Below, piece after piece: positions 17,295 through 26,540 of a DNA stretch of 41,074 nt. The translations under genes and the position numbers were made by a program. The stretch is from Candidatus Eiseniibacteriota bacterium (lineage in GTDB: Bacteria; Eisenbacteria; RBG-16-71-46; JAFGJU01). The notes under the pieces are model-generated. The model had not been told where the DNA came from. It saw only the letters and a list, made by a program, of their open reading frames with translations, and did no database searches. Numbering within the stretch: the first letter of the stretch is position 1; every line of letters begins with the position of its first letter. Where the stretch lies: assembly GCA_020349905.1 (NCBI GenBank), contig CP070702.1:2297221-2338294 (forward strand), in the 5' to 3' direction.

Positions 17295-19127
17295 TCAGAG
17301 TTCGGGCACCTTGAGTTCGTTTCCGGCCATCCAGTCTGCCAGCGCCACCCCCAGCGACCAATGACCCCCCGGTCTGGTATGCTGGTCGGAGAAAACGTGC
17401 ATGTCTGCCAGGACGAACACGTTGCCCTTAAGAAGGGCAGCCACAGGCCGCTTCTTGTAGTCGTGCGGCCCAGGCCTCATGCTCTGCAGACCCATCCTCG
17501 TGCCCGGCACGCCTTCCATTCCCCACGCCGAAGCGGATGCACGAAGGACGGGCCGACCTCCCTCTGCGTCCACCACACCACACCTGAAGGCCTCGCAATC
17601 CCGAACGCCGTAGCTCAATACGGGATAGGTGGGGTGCTGACCAAGGATGCGGGACGAGTCCGCTTCGAAGATGACGTAAGGCAGGAAATCAATGCCGAAC
17701 TGCTTGCACAAGGTTACCACGGGTATCTCTCGGTCTCTGAAGCCCTTCTCTCTGAACCACTCTCCTAGCTGGTTGTGGACCCCGATGAAGGAGAACGGTT
17801 CGCCCAGTATGATCCAGTGTAGACCGGGGTCGTTCACGTCCCCCAGGTAGAGGCGCCCGTCGGTTCTGAGCGGATTGACAACGACCACACCGTGAAGTCC
17901 ACGCAAGTTGACCAATCCCTCTTCCACGCCATAGACCCAGTACCCTTTGTCCCTGAGAATGGCGGCGAATTCGCTCATCCCGTTGACCGGGTCACCCATC
18001 TCCGGCCCGTAACCTCTGGTGTCAAAGATGAGCCTCGCTCCGATGCCGCCGCCGGGAGCCGTGAGCAGCAGGACCACCTTCCTTGAACCGTCGCTTCCGG
18101 AGAATTCCGCGTAGCCGTCTCTATTGAGCTCCATCTGAAAGACAACCTCGCCCGTTGCGTTCTCAACGAGCTGGGGCTCTATCCTCCCTCCCTGGATGCT
18201 CGCGCGCAGGTCGGTCTGCCCCTCCACTCTCACTTTCAACGTCATGCTGAACCCTGTCATGGTCGTGAACTCGGGAACGATGCGCGTCCGGACTCGACGC
18301 TCTCTACGTGAGAGCCAGTCGAATATCTTCAGCGCAAACTCCCTGTTCTGCTCGCAGTCGATTCCGATCTGCTTCTTGCCCCCGTTTATCAGAAACTGGC
18401 TTTCCGCGATGCAGACCACGCGTCCTTCACCGTACTCTACGGCCCCGCCCGGAAAAGCGTTTGGGGGGAAGCGCGGGCTAAAGTTTTTGGCGGCAACAAT
18501 GGTGAAGGCGGGCTCTGCCAGCATCAGGTGCCCGCTCACGGGAAGACCTATCCGTTCGACGCCGAAGAAATCAGAACGGCCGAATATCCACTGGTTGGCC
18601 GTACCGGCCACGCTGTCGGTCGTGTCCACGACCGTCTGGTTAAGCACGAGCAAGCCGAACTTGGACGCCAGGGGATTCTGGAAATTATCCCCCGCACCGG
18701 GATCCGGCTCCGCAAGGATGAGCAACCCACCCCCCCCCTCAACGTACTTGACGATCGCCTCAATCTCTTTCTCACTGTACCACTGGTCTGCTGCCGTCCC
18801 CATGACGAGGATGCTCCCCCGGGGTCTGAGGGGCGTAAGCGAAACGGTAACAGGAACGTTGGACTCAGTGACGAGGTAACCTGCCTCGCGGAGTGCGATG
18901 CTCAGCTCAGAATAGCCGAAAAATCCCGCGTCGAACGGTGACCAGAATTGCTGCCTGCTGTTGTCGAATATGACGACTCCCTCCGCGGGAACGGTCTCCG
19001 CATATTCCTGAGCCGCGGTTGAGGAAGGCAGCAACTGGAGCGCGGTGACTACCGCTACAAGAAGAACGCATCCACACACGACGCCGCGTAACGAGCAAAC
19101 TTGCCTTAGAAACACATTGTCCTCCAT
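17295..19127 (-). CDS. secreted hypothetical protein with two internally similar ThuA/GATase1-like (DUF4350-type) domains
   Basis: 610 aa. Signal peptide (VVCGCVLLVAVVTALQLLPSSTAAQ). N-domain VVIFDNS...ILVMGTAADQWYSEKEIEAIVKYVEGGGGLLILAEP. The second domain has similar architecture (VVLLLTAPGGG...GVVVVNPLRTDGRLYLGD). No catalytic motif recognised. Confidence 0.65.
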   Translation of the reverse strand: MEDNVFLRQVCSLRGVVCGCVLLVAVVTALQLLPSSTAAQEYAETVPAEGVVIFDNSRQQFWSPFDAGFFGYSELSIALREAGYLVTESNVPVTVSLTPLRPRGSILVMGTAADQWYSEKEIEAIVKYVEGGGGLLILAEPDPGAGDNFQNPLASKFGLLVLNQTVVDTTDSVAGTANQWIFGRSDFFGVERIGLPVSGHLMLAEPAFTIVAAKNFSPRFPPNAFPGGAVEYGEGRVVCIAESQFLINGGKKQIGIDCEQNREFALKIFDWLSRRERRVRTRIVPEFTTMTGFSMTLKVRVEGQTDLRASIQGGRIEPQLVENATGEVVFQMELNRDGYAEFSGSDGSRKVVLLLTAPGGGIGARLIFDTRGYGPEMGDPVNGMSEFAAILRDKGYWVYGVEEGLVNLRGLHGVVVVNPLRTDGRLYLGDVNDPGLHWIILGEPFSFIGVHNQLGEWFREKGFRDREIPVVTLCKQFGIDFLPYVIFEADSSRILGQHPTYPVLSYGVRDCEAFRCGVVDAEGGRPVLRASASAWGMEGVPGTRMGLQSMRPGPHDYKKRPVAALLKGNVFVLADMHVFSDQHTRPGGHWSLGVALADWMAGNELKVPEL

Positions 19128-19339
19128 GCTTGCAGGTAAAGGTAAGGCAACGCATTCTCCTCCTCGCGACTGACGCAGGCCGTGGCGTTGCCTACGTCAA
19201 TGTTATGCCTGACGGGCGGACGTGTCAACCGTCCAGCTGGTCGGGCTATCGTGCGGGAACTACCGCCGCGGCACGGACGCGCGGGTGTACCCCGACGGTC
19301 TCGCTCGGCTGTGGCCGCGCGGCGAAAGGGAGGATTGAC

Positions 19340-19567
19340 ATGAGAAAGATACTCGTGGCAGACGACGAAATCAGAACCCGCCTCCTGTATGAGGAAATCC
19401 TGGCTGACGCCGGCTACAAGGTCATAGCAGCGAAGGACGGCAGAGAGGCGTGCGAGAGGTTCATCTCCGAAAGACCCGACCTCGTCATCCTGGACATAAA
19501 GATGGCGGACACCCGACGAACCCGGTGCGCCGGGCACAAAACCAGCCCTTACGTGCAGAACTTTTGA
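19340..19567 (+). pseudogene. truncated CheY-like receiver domain (remnant)
   Basis: RBS AAGGGAGG lies 6 nt before ATG 19340. MRKILVADDEIRTRLLYEEILADAGYKVIAAKDGREACERFISERPDLVILDIKMAD is then followed by non-REC sequence and a stop after only 75 aa. The 3' end is overlapped by the convergent M20 peptidase gene. The conserved T/S and K of the REC fold are missing. Confidence 0.5.
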
Positions 19568-20859
19568 ACCACTTTGAACAGCATCATGGTGCCGTTCACC
19601 ATGTTTCCCACGGAAATCTTCTCGTCTATGCCGTGTACCGTGTCCCAGTCCTCCCACGAGACCAGCGTGGGATCGAAGCCGTAGCAGACCACGCCCTTTT
19701 CCCTCAAGAATCCTGAATCTGTTCCGCCCGTGGAGAGGTAAGGCAGGAAGGCAGCTTTGGGTTCCACTTCTTTCAGGCAATCCTCGAGAACGCCCCACAG
19801 CTCGGTGTCCATGCTGGATTCGCTGCCTGGTTTTCTCTGCAGGATTTCGTACTCCACGTCAGGCAACCCGACCAGGCCCTTAACAACCTCCAGCATCTCT
19901 TCGGGTTCCGTCCCCGGAAGAATCCTGCAATCCACGGAGACCTGCACCTCCATGGGAATCACGTTGACCTTCGTTCCCCCACTCACAAGCGTGGGAGTAG
20001 CAGTGTGCCTGAGCCACGCATTTATTCTCTTGCCTATTCTGGACCCGTTCGAGCGATACCCCTTGCCAGAGCCAAAGATGTCTGCCGCCTTCGTTCCTTC
20101 GGGGAGCAACCCCAGCTTCTCGGCTCCGGTGAGTAGTTTCTCAGTAATGGGGATCTTCGCGACCGGGAAGGTGTGCTCGGCAATCCGCGAAATCACCTGT
20201 CCGGCCAGGATGACGGGGTTGCCGGGCGAGGGAAGAGAGCCGTGCCCCCCCTCTCCCTTGATGGTCATCTTGATCCAGCAGATTCCCTTCTCCGCGCACT
20301 GGCAGAAGATAGCCTTGCGCCCGCTCTCAACAATTCCCAGGCCTCCCTCGTTGATGGCGTATTCTGCTTTGATTTCTTCGAAATGGTTATCTATGAGCCA
20401 TCTTATTCCGTATGTGCCTCCCGCCTCCTCGTCTGCGGTGGCGGCCAGGATGATGTCTCGCTTGAGCTTGAGCCCCTTCCTCTTCGCGAGGATTAAGGCA
20501 AGTATCTCCATGGCGCCCATGTTCTTGATGTCCAGCGTTCCCCTACCCCACACGTAACCGTCCTTCAAGACCGCCGAAAACGGGTCCACGCTCCAGCGCT
20601 CAACTTCCACCGGCACCACGTCCAGGTGGGAAAGCAGCAACAGCGGCGCCCTGGAGCCATCTCCCTTCAACCTGGCCACCACACTCCCGCGTCCCGGTGT
20701 TGACTCGAAGACCCTCGCGGGAATGCCTTCTCGCTCCAGGATTCCCTTCACGTACCGGGCCGCGGCCACCTCGTTTCCTGGCGGGTTGGATGTATCGATT
20801 CGTATGAGTCCCCTGAAAACCTCCAGCAGTTCCGCTTCAAAATCTTCTCTCCGGATCAT
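19549..20859 (-). CDS. M20 family metallopeptidase (ArgE/DapE/CPG2-like)
   Basis: The M20 signature region LLLLSHLDVVPVE is present. WGRGTLDIKNMGA carries the metal-bridging Asp. The dimerisation-domain pattern and a 436-aa length fit the family. Confidence 0.85.
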   Translation of the reverse strand: MIRREDFEAELLEVFRGLIRIDTSNPPGNEVAAARYVKGILEREGIPARVFESTPGRGSVVARLKGDGSRAPLLLLSHLDVVPVEVERWSVDPFSAVLKDGYVWGRGTLDIKNMGAMEILALILAKRKGLKLKRDIILAATADEEAGGTYGIRWLIDNHFEEIKAEYAINEGGLGIVESGRKAIFCQCAEKGICWIKMTIKGEGGHGSLPSPGNPVILAGQVISRIAEHTFPVAKIPITEKLLTGAEKLGLLPEGTKAADIFGSGKGYRSNGSRIGKRINAWLRHTATPTLVSGGTKVNVIPMEVQVSVDCRILPGTEPEEMLEVVKGLVGLPDVEYEILQRKPGSESSMDTELWGVLEDCLKEVEPKAAFLPYLSTGGTDSGFLREKGVVCYGFDPTLVSWEDWDTVHGIDEKISVGNMVNGTMMLFKVVQKFCT

Positions 20860-20899
20860 TCACTCCTCCTACGACCTGACAGCCATTTGCCCCTGGCGG

Positions 20900-21466
20900 C
20901 TACCCGCCGCCCATCCTCAGACCTCTCTCTTCACATTCCTTCTCCAGTTCGGCCTTGAAAACATTGAAGGCCCTGGAGCCGTACAGTGCAAACATGACCT
21001 TCTTAAGATAGCTGGTGCCTTCCTGTAGGTAATCCAGGACCACGTTGAGCATGATCTTGGCGCAGTCCTCCAGCGTCATCCCTCCGACTCCCGTGCCGAT
21101 TGCGGGAAAGGCCACGGTCTTGGCCTTCTTGTCTTCCGCGCAGAGAAGAGTGTTGCGGGTCACGGTCTGGAGAACTCCCTTGTTGGTCCTGCGGTCCGGC
21201 CCCATGCCTGCAGCGTGAATGACGTACTTCGCCCTCAGCTCTCCGGCACTCGTTGCCGCGGCCTGGCCCAGGCCGATGGGCGCAAGCTTGTTGCACTCTG
21301 CCTGAATCACCGGACCGCCCTTGGCCGCTATCGCGCCTGCCACCCCCGCCCCGAGCTCAAGGTCCGTGTTGGCTGCGTTGACTATGGCGTCCACTTCCAA
21401 CTCGGTAATGTCGCCTTCAATGAGTTCTACGCTGCTCTCCCCCACCTTCACCTGGACGACTTCCAT
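20900..21466 (-). CDS. macro domain protein (O-acetyl-ADP-ribose deacetylase / YmdB-like)
   Basis: ELIEGDITELEVDAIVNAANTDLELGAGVAGAI..GG is the canonical macro-domain ADP-ribose-binding motif. ATG 21466 has a GGGGGTGAG RBS. The alternative GTG 21475 overlaps the MFS stop as GTGA. Confidence 0.85.
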   Translation of the reverse strand: MEVVQVKVGESSVELIEGDITELEVDAIVNAANTDLELGAGVAGAIAAKGGPVIQAECNKLAPIGLGQAAATSAGELRAKYVIHAAGMGPDRRTNKGVLQTVTRNTLLCAEDKKAKTVAFPAIGTGVGGMTLEDCAKIMLNVVLDYLQEGTSYLKKVMFALYGSRAFNVFKAELEKECEERGLRMGGG

Positions 21467-21471
21467 GAGTC

Positions 21472-22785
21472 TCACCCCCTGCTAGTGGGAACAATGAGGC
21501 CGTGCGAGTCCCGTCTTCCTGTTTCAAGAGAGAGAACTCGGAGCATCCTAACCGATACAACGATCGCCCCGAGGCTCGCAAGCTGAAAACCGAGGGTCCA
21601 CCGCGGGAGCACGCCGAGCCCCGAGTGGTCAGCGACTGCTCCCCCTGCAAGGGTCCCGGCCGCCAGCGAAAAGGCGAAGACGCCCGCCAGGACACCCAGC
21701 CCGCCCGCTCTCCTCTTCTCCCCTGCGAGTTCCGAGACGAGCGTGGTGACGCCCACGTGAAAAGCCGGGTACACCGGCAAGCAGAAATAGACGGATATCA
21801 GAATCGGGCTCTTCGTGGCCGAGACCAGGGCATAGACTGCAACGTACAGAACCACCGCCAACAGAAACACCCTCACGGGGCCCACCCGGTCGGTGAGCTT
21901 GCCGTAGAGCGTGAAGGTAAACATGCCCAGAAGAGTGGACAGGGCCATCGCCCATCCCAGCAGCGTCGTGGATGCGCGGGCGTATTCGGTCAAGAATATC
22001 GAGAAGTTACCGAAGAAGAGCCACGTGCCGCTCGCGGAGAGAGCCGTCGCCACGCAAATGGCAACCACGGCCCTGGACCGATAGAGCCAGCCAAGGTCTG
22101 CCGTGAGGCCCGCCAGCCAGGAGTGACCTTCCCGCCCTGCTTGCCACTGGGCGGGCATGGGCTTAATCGTGAGCGCCACCATTGCGAGCACGACCGCCCC
22201 TAACAGGGAACCCCAGATAAGAATTGTCCTGACCGGAAGACCGGTCTCCGGTTCAAACAGGTATCCGCAGATGGCGCCGCCGATGAACCATCCGAGGCTT
22301 TGAAAAGCCATCAGGTTGCCCACGGCGCGTCCTTTCTCGGTCTCACGCAGGAGCGTCACGTAGGACTGGGAAATCGGGCGGACCGCCGCAAAGAACAAGG
22401 AGAAGACGGCGGAGGTGAGAATCACCGACGTCGTGCTATCCGACTTGCTGAGAGCTAGCAGGCACCCCGAGTAGCCCGCAAGGCCCACCAGCAGAAAGGG
22501 TCTCAGTTTCTTAGTGTAGTCGGCGAGGGCTCCCCAGAAATTACTGGCAACAAACATGGCGATGCCTGGGATGGCGACTATCGAGGCGATCGTGAGGAGG
22601 CTGGTGCCGGCGAAGGTACGTCTCACGTACAGTGGAACAAAGAACATCACGACGGTGAGGCAGATTCCCTCACCCACGTTGGCCAGGTAGAGCGGCGCGA
22701 AGTATCTGTAGCGAAGGGTCTTTCTGTCTATTTCCACAACATCTGCTCTATCAAACTGCCCCGTGAGGCAAGACGGAAACTCCAA
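21472..22785 (-). CDS. MFS transporter
   Basis: 12 predicted TM helices with MFS-like loop motifs. Its stop overlaps the macro gene start. The annotated start is TTG and the true start is uncertain. Confidence 0.8.
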   Translation of the reverse strand: MEFPSCLTGQFDRADVVEIDRKTLRYRYFAPLYLANVGEGICLTVVMFFVPLYVRRTFAGTSLLTIASIVAIPGIAMFVASNFWGALADYTKKLRPFLLVGLAGYSGCLLALSKSDSTTSVILTSAVFSLFFAAVRPISQSYVTLLRETEKGRAVGNLMAFQSLGWFIGGAICGYLFEPETGLPVRTILIWGSLLGAVVLAMVALTIKPMPAQWQAGREGHSWLAGLTADLGWLYRSRAVVAICVATALSASGTWLFFGNFSIFLTEYARASTTLLGWAMALSTLLGMFTFTLYGKLTDRVGPVRVFLLAVVLYVAVYALVSATKSPILISVYFCLPVYPAFHVGVTTLVSELAGEKRRAGGLGVLAGVFAFSLAAGTLAGGAVADHSGLGVLPRWTLGFQLASLGAIVVSVRMLRVLSLETGRRDSHGLIVPTSRG

Positions 22786-23010
22786 AGGCCCACGGAGACG
22801 GAGAGCGGCCCTCGCCTTTGGGTCTCAAGTATGTCATCGGCCCGCATCGTGCCGCGACTGGCTCAAGAGAATAATTCTATTGTCTCGGCCCGCCTTTGTC
22901 AACGAGGCCCGCGAGCTTGCGCCATATCACTTTAAACCACACCCGGTATGAGTTATCATCCTTGCGTGAGCCGCCATCGCACACAGATTCCATAGCTTCG
23001 AGGACGAGAG

Positions 23011-23952
23011 GTGCCTGCAAGGAAACCACTGCAAATCAGAAGAGCCCGGCCGTCGGACAAGGAGGCCGTCCTGGAGTTCTGCCGCTTCACGTGGCAGGAA
23101 CACGGAGACTACATCCAGAAGGTATGGGACGAATGGGTGAAGGATAGGAAGGGCTTCTTTGCCGTCGCCACTCTCGAGGGCGAGCCGATGGCAACGGCAA
23201 AGCTCACGGTGCTCGGCCCCGGAGAAATGTGGCTGGAGGGTCTCAGGGTGAATGCCTCCTACAGGGGTATGGGAACGTCGCGAGTGATGACTCGCTTTCT
23301 CCTGGGCAAAGCCAGAAAACTGAGAGCGAAGACGGTGCGTTTCGCCACCGGAGAGGAGAATCGTGTCTCGAAGCACGTGGGGAGGGAGCTTGGATTCAAG
23401 CTACTCGGGCACTATTCAATCATGTCGGCATCGGCCGACGGTAGGTGTCGCAGCGTGTTCAGCCCCGTGTTCTCCCCGCGCGGAGTCCGTCGCGAAGCAA
23501 ACACAGATGACATGGTCAGCATTGTGAGTGCCTCCTACTTTGCGCGGGCCATGAGACTGCTGGCTTCGGAGGGGTGGACGTTCGTTCAGGTCGATGGCGA
23601 TTTCATACTCGATTCTCTCCGGCGCCGCGAACTTTTTGTCGCAAGACGCCCGGGGCCTTCAGCCCCTGCCCGCCTCGGCTTCCTGGTTGCTTCTCGGGGC
23701 AGGGCCGGAACACGACTCAATGCTAAGCTATTTGCCGATATCGACAAGGGCGCGCTCTATTCCATGATTCTGGGCACCAGAAGGCTCGCGTACGAACTCG
23801 AGTTGCCACGAGTCAGACTCGTTGTCCCCAAGACCAGGAAGCTTCTCGCCACAGCGGAACAGGCCGGCTTTCAGGAAGACGATCCCGGATTTTACCACGG
23901 TGTCATGGAGAAGCGCTTGTCAAGTGGGCGCCAAGTCTTGGTGAAGGATTAG
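23011..23952 (+). CDS. GNAT-family N-acetyltransferase, apparently tandem GNAT fold (canonical N-terminal domain, degenerate C-terminal domain)
   Basis: N-terminal IRRARPSDKEAVLEF...RGMGTSRVMTRFLL..ELGFK carries the acetyl-CoA-binding motif. The C-terminal RLVVPKTRKLLATAEQAGFQ resembles a second GNAT beta-alpha unit. 313 aa. Confidence 0.7.
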   Translation: MPARKPLQIRRARPSDKEAVLEFCRFTWQEHGDYIQKVWDEWVKDRKGFFAVATLEGEPMATAKLTVLGPGEMWLEGLRVNASYRGMGTSRVMTRFLLGKARKLRAKTVRFATGEENRVSKHVGRELGFKLLGHYSIMSASADGRCRSVFSPVFSPRGVRREANTDDMVSIVSASYFARAMRLLASEGWTFVQVDGDFILDSLRRRELFVARRPGPSAPARLGFLVASRGRAGTRLNAKLFADIDKGALYSMILGTRRLAYELELPRVRLVVPKTRKLLATAEQAGFQEDDPGFYHGVMEKRLSSGRQVLVKD

Positions 23953-25143
23953 ATGAACGAAGAGAGGCTCCGCATATGCTACGTTGCCGATCTGGGGAGC
24001 TTTCTCGCGCGCAGGTGGATCAGCTATTTCGCCCGTAGGGGACACTCCGTGACCGTCTTCAGCCCGCCTATTCGGTCTGGGCAGGCGCCCACATTCGGAC
24101 CGGGGACGAAGCCCGGCCGACCCTCTCATCCCTCTGTAGCTGAAGCTGAGCTGCCTGACGTGCGAATCCACACCCTCTTTCGCAGACCCGGAATGCCCAA
24201 ACTCATACAGCTCGCAAATGTCTTTTCGCTTCATAGAATTCTGCGTGCGTCACGTCCGCATGTGCTCCACGCCCACTACGTTCGCATCTACGGATGGATC
24301 GCGGCACTCACTTTCTTCAGGCCGCTTGTCTTGACAGTCTGGGGAGGCGACATACTTGAAGACCAAGGGGCTTTCGCCGATCTTCTAGGCAGAAAGCTGA
24401 CCCCCTTCTCCCTAAAGAGGGCAGCCCTTGTTACTGGGCACTCCACCTTCTTGAAGCAAAGAGTGATTCAGATAGGAAAGCCAGAAAGTCAGGTACACCT
24501 CGTGGGTTGCCCCGGCGTAGATCGTAAGCTGTTCAGGCCTGGTGTCAGGACTGACGCTATACGCCGTGAACTGGGGTTGCAGGGAACCCGGATCGTTCTT
24601 TGCACTCGCATCATGGACACAGTCTACAACACGGAGACTATACTCAGAGCAATTCCGTTTGTGCTGAAGGAAGTGCCGGAGGCGAGATTCGTCTTTTCGC
24701 AATATCTGGCCCGCCCACCCTACGTGGAACAGATGAAGGATTTGGCCCGAGAGCTATCCATCAAAGACTCTCTGCTGTTCTTGGAAGAGATTCCTTTTGA
24801 CCGCATGCCACTCTTCCTAAACCTGGCAGAGATCCTTGTGTCAATTCCGGATTCTGACAGCGGAATGCCCCAGACTGTTCTGGAGGCCATGTGTTGTGGA
24901 ACCGTACCTGTGGTCTCAGACCTACCCCAGTATCAGGATCTGATTATTCCCGAAACGAACGCCCTTGTGGTGTGCCCAAAGGATCCAATGGCCGTCGCAG
25001 ACGCCATCCTCAAGCTTCTGCGTGACCCCGTGCTGAGAGAGAGACTATCAGAGGCGTGTGTGAACACAACGATGTATTGTGTGGACTACGAGACTGAGAT
25101 GCAAAAGATGGAGAAGTTCTATTACGAGCTCAGCGGAATCTGA
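23953..25143 (+). CDS. GT4-family glycosyltransferase
   Basis: GT4 N-domain (ICYVADLGSFLARRWISYFARRGHSV). C-domain with E..E-type motif (PDSDSGMPQTVLEAMCCGTVPVVSD). TAG-ATG abutment with the upstream GNAT gene. Confidence 0.85.
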   Translation: MNEERLRICYVADLGSFLARRWISYFARRGHSVTVFSPPIRSGQAPTFGPGTKPGRPSHPSVAEAELPDVRIHTLFRRPGMPKLIQLANVFSLHRILRASRPHVLHAHYVRIYGWIAALTFFRPLVLTVWGGDILEDQGAFADLLGRKLTPFSLKRAALVTGHSTFLKQRVIQIGKPESQVHLVGCPGVDRKLFRPGVRTDAIRRELGLQGTRIVLCTRIMDTVYNTETILRAIPFVLKEVPEARFVFSQYLARPPYVEQMKDLARELSIKDSLLFLEEIPFDRMPLFLNLAEILVSIPDSDSGMPQTVLEAMCCGTVPVVSDLPQYQDLIIPETNALVVCPKDPMAVADAILKLLRDPVLRERLSEACVNTTMYCVDYETEMQKMEKFYYELSGI

Positions 25144-25159
25144 ATCGGCGGAGGAAACA

Positions 25160-25969
25160 ATGAGGATTGCCTTCTACCAGACCAGTCCTGTTTATGGCGA
25201 GATAGAATATAACGTGCGCGAAGCACTCGAGACGCTCGCCGCTGCGCGTGCGGACCTTTATGTTCTACCCGAGCTCTTCTCGACGGGTTACCTCTTCGGC
25301 TCCAGAAAGGAGCTCGGCAGGCTTGTGGAGCGCGTCCCCGAGGGCCCGACGGTCGGTGTGCTACATAAGTTTTGTCGCTCCCGAGGCTGCGCTATCGTAG
25401 CCAGCATCGCGGAAGTCGACCGAGGAAATTACTACAACAGCGCCGTACTGATAAGCCCTCGCGGCCTTCTGGGAAAGTACCGAAAGATACATCTGTTTGA
25501 CCGGGAGAGGCTCTGGTTCCAGCCCGGGAATCTGGATTTCGGTGTCTGGACTTTCAAGCGCGCCAGAATAGGCTTGATGATCTGCTTCGACTGGGTCTTC
25601 CCAGAAGCCGCCAGGGTGCTCGCGCTTAAGGGCGCCGACATAATCTGTCATCCCTCGAACCTCATCCTCCACTACTGCCAGGACGCCATGGTAACCCGCT
25701 CAATCGAAAACGGTGTCTTCACCGTGACTGCAAACAGAGTCGGTTCCGAGAGGGCGGAGGCCGTTCAGCTCACGTTCTCAGGAAGGAGTCAGATAACCGA
25801 CCCCAAAGGGCGCGTTCTGGCCCGGGCCCCCAAGGTCGGGCGCAAGTTTCAGGTGGTGGACATCGACCTGTCTTTGACAAAGAAGAAGAAGCTCACGCCG
25901 AGGAATCACTTGTTCCACGACAGGCGGGCCAAATACTACAAGGAAATAACGAGACCAACGAGACGCTAG
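25160..25969 (+). CDS. carbon-nitrogen hydrolase (nitrilase superfamily amidase)
   Basis: GGAGGA RBS 5 nt before ATG 25160. Catalytic triad context is present: E in YVLPELF, K in YRKIHLF, C in GLMICFDWVFPE. It lies 17 nt after the GT4 gene. Confidence 0.85.
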   Translation: MRIAFYQTSPVYGEIEYNVREALETLAAARADLYVLPELFSTGYLFGSRKELGRLVERVPEGPTVGVLHKFCRSRGCAIVASIAEVDRGNYYNSAVLISPRGLLGKYRKIHLFDRERLWFQPGNLDFGVWTFKRARIGLMICFDWVFPEAARVLALKGADIICHPSNLILHYCQDAMVTRSIENGVFTVTANRVGSERAEAVQLTFSGRSQITDPKGRVLARAPKVGRKFQVVDIDLSLTKKKKLTPRNHLFHDRRAKYYKEITRPTRR

Positions 25970-26040
25970 TCGCTGCCTGTAATGGGCGCCGCATCCGGAG
26001 CACGCTGGATGAAGCGCCGACCGGCCTTAGCACGAAGCGC

Positions 26041-26093
26041 TCGAGAAAACGACCCCTCCGCACCGGAACGCAATCTAGGCGCGAGGGGTCGTT
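26041..26093 (-). terminator. intrinsic terminator for the minus-strand gyrB-gyrA-lipoprotein unit (bidirectional hairpin between convergent genes)
   Basis: Perfect 11-bp inverted repeat AACGACCCCTC...GAGGGGTCGTT (26048-26058 / 26083-26093). On the minus strand it is followed by UUUUCUC. Confidence 0.5.
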
Positions 26094-26120
26094 CATGAAT
26101 CGCAACTTGTCTTTCTGTGC

Positions 26121-26486
26121 CTATCTCTTCCTCAGTAGATTCCTCATCTGCGCCGCTCTGGCCTCGTCCTGAACCGCAGTCAGCATGAAGCGGTCGCTGG
26201 TCACCGGATTCGCCAGCAGACTCTCAATCATGCTGTTGGAAAGCACCGGGTCTTTCACGATCTTGCTCAGCAGCTTTTCTGCCGACGCTTCGTCCGCACA
26301 GATTGAATCGATGAGACGGTCGACAACGTCGGGGTGCTTCATCATACTGACTATCAGTTGGTCGACTGCCTCGGCATCCATCATGAGTCGATCCATCATC
26401 TGCGCACGGTCGCAGCTGACACCGCCGAGCAATAGCACGAGCGCGCAAAGCGCAACGGCAACGTAGGAAATCTTCAACTGACTCAC
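26121..26486 (-). CDS. small secreted/lipoprotein, hypothetical
   Basis: 121 aa. Signal peptide VAVALCALVLLLGGVSC. Met/Asp-rich helical repeats (MMDRLMMDAEAVDQLIVSMMKHPDVVDRLIDS). It lies immediately downstream of gyrA on the same strand. Confidence 0.55.
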   Translation of the reverse strand: MSQLKISYVAVALCALVLLLGGVSCDRAQMMDRLMMDAEAVDQLIVSMMKHPDVVDRLIDSICADEASAEKLLSKIVKDPVLSNSMIESLLANPVTSDRFMLTAVQDEARAAQMRNLLRKR

Positions 26487-26540
26487 CTCCTCGGTCGTTG
26501 TAGATTACGCCACGACATTCCGTCTTTCTCAAGGGTGGGC

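Noticed and set aside
20900-21475. Macro-domain gene as the antitoxin part of a DarT-DarG-like toxin-antitoxin pair
   Set aside because: No DarT-like (DUF4433) partner is adjacent. The macro protein is a standalone ~190-aa YmdB-like enzyme co-transcribed with a transporter.
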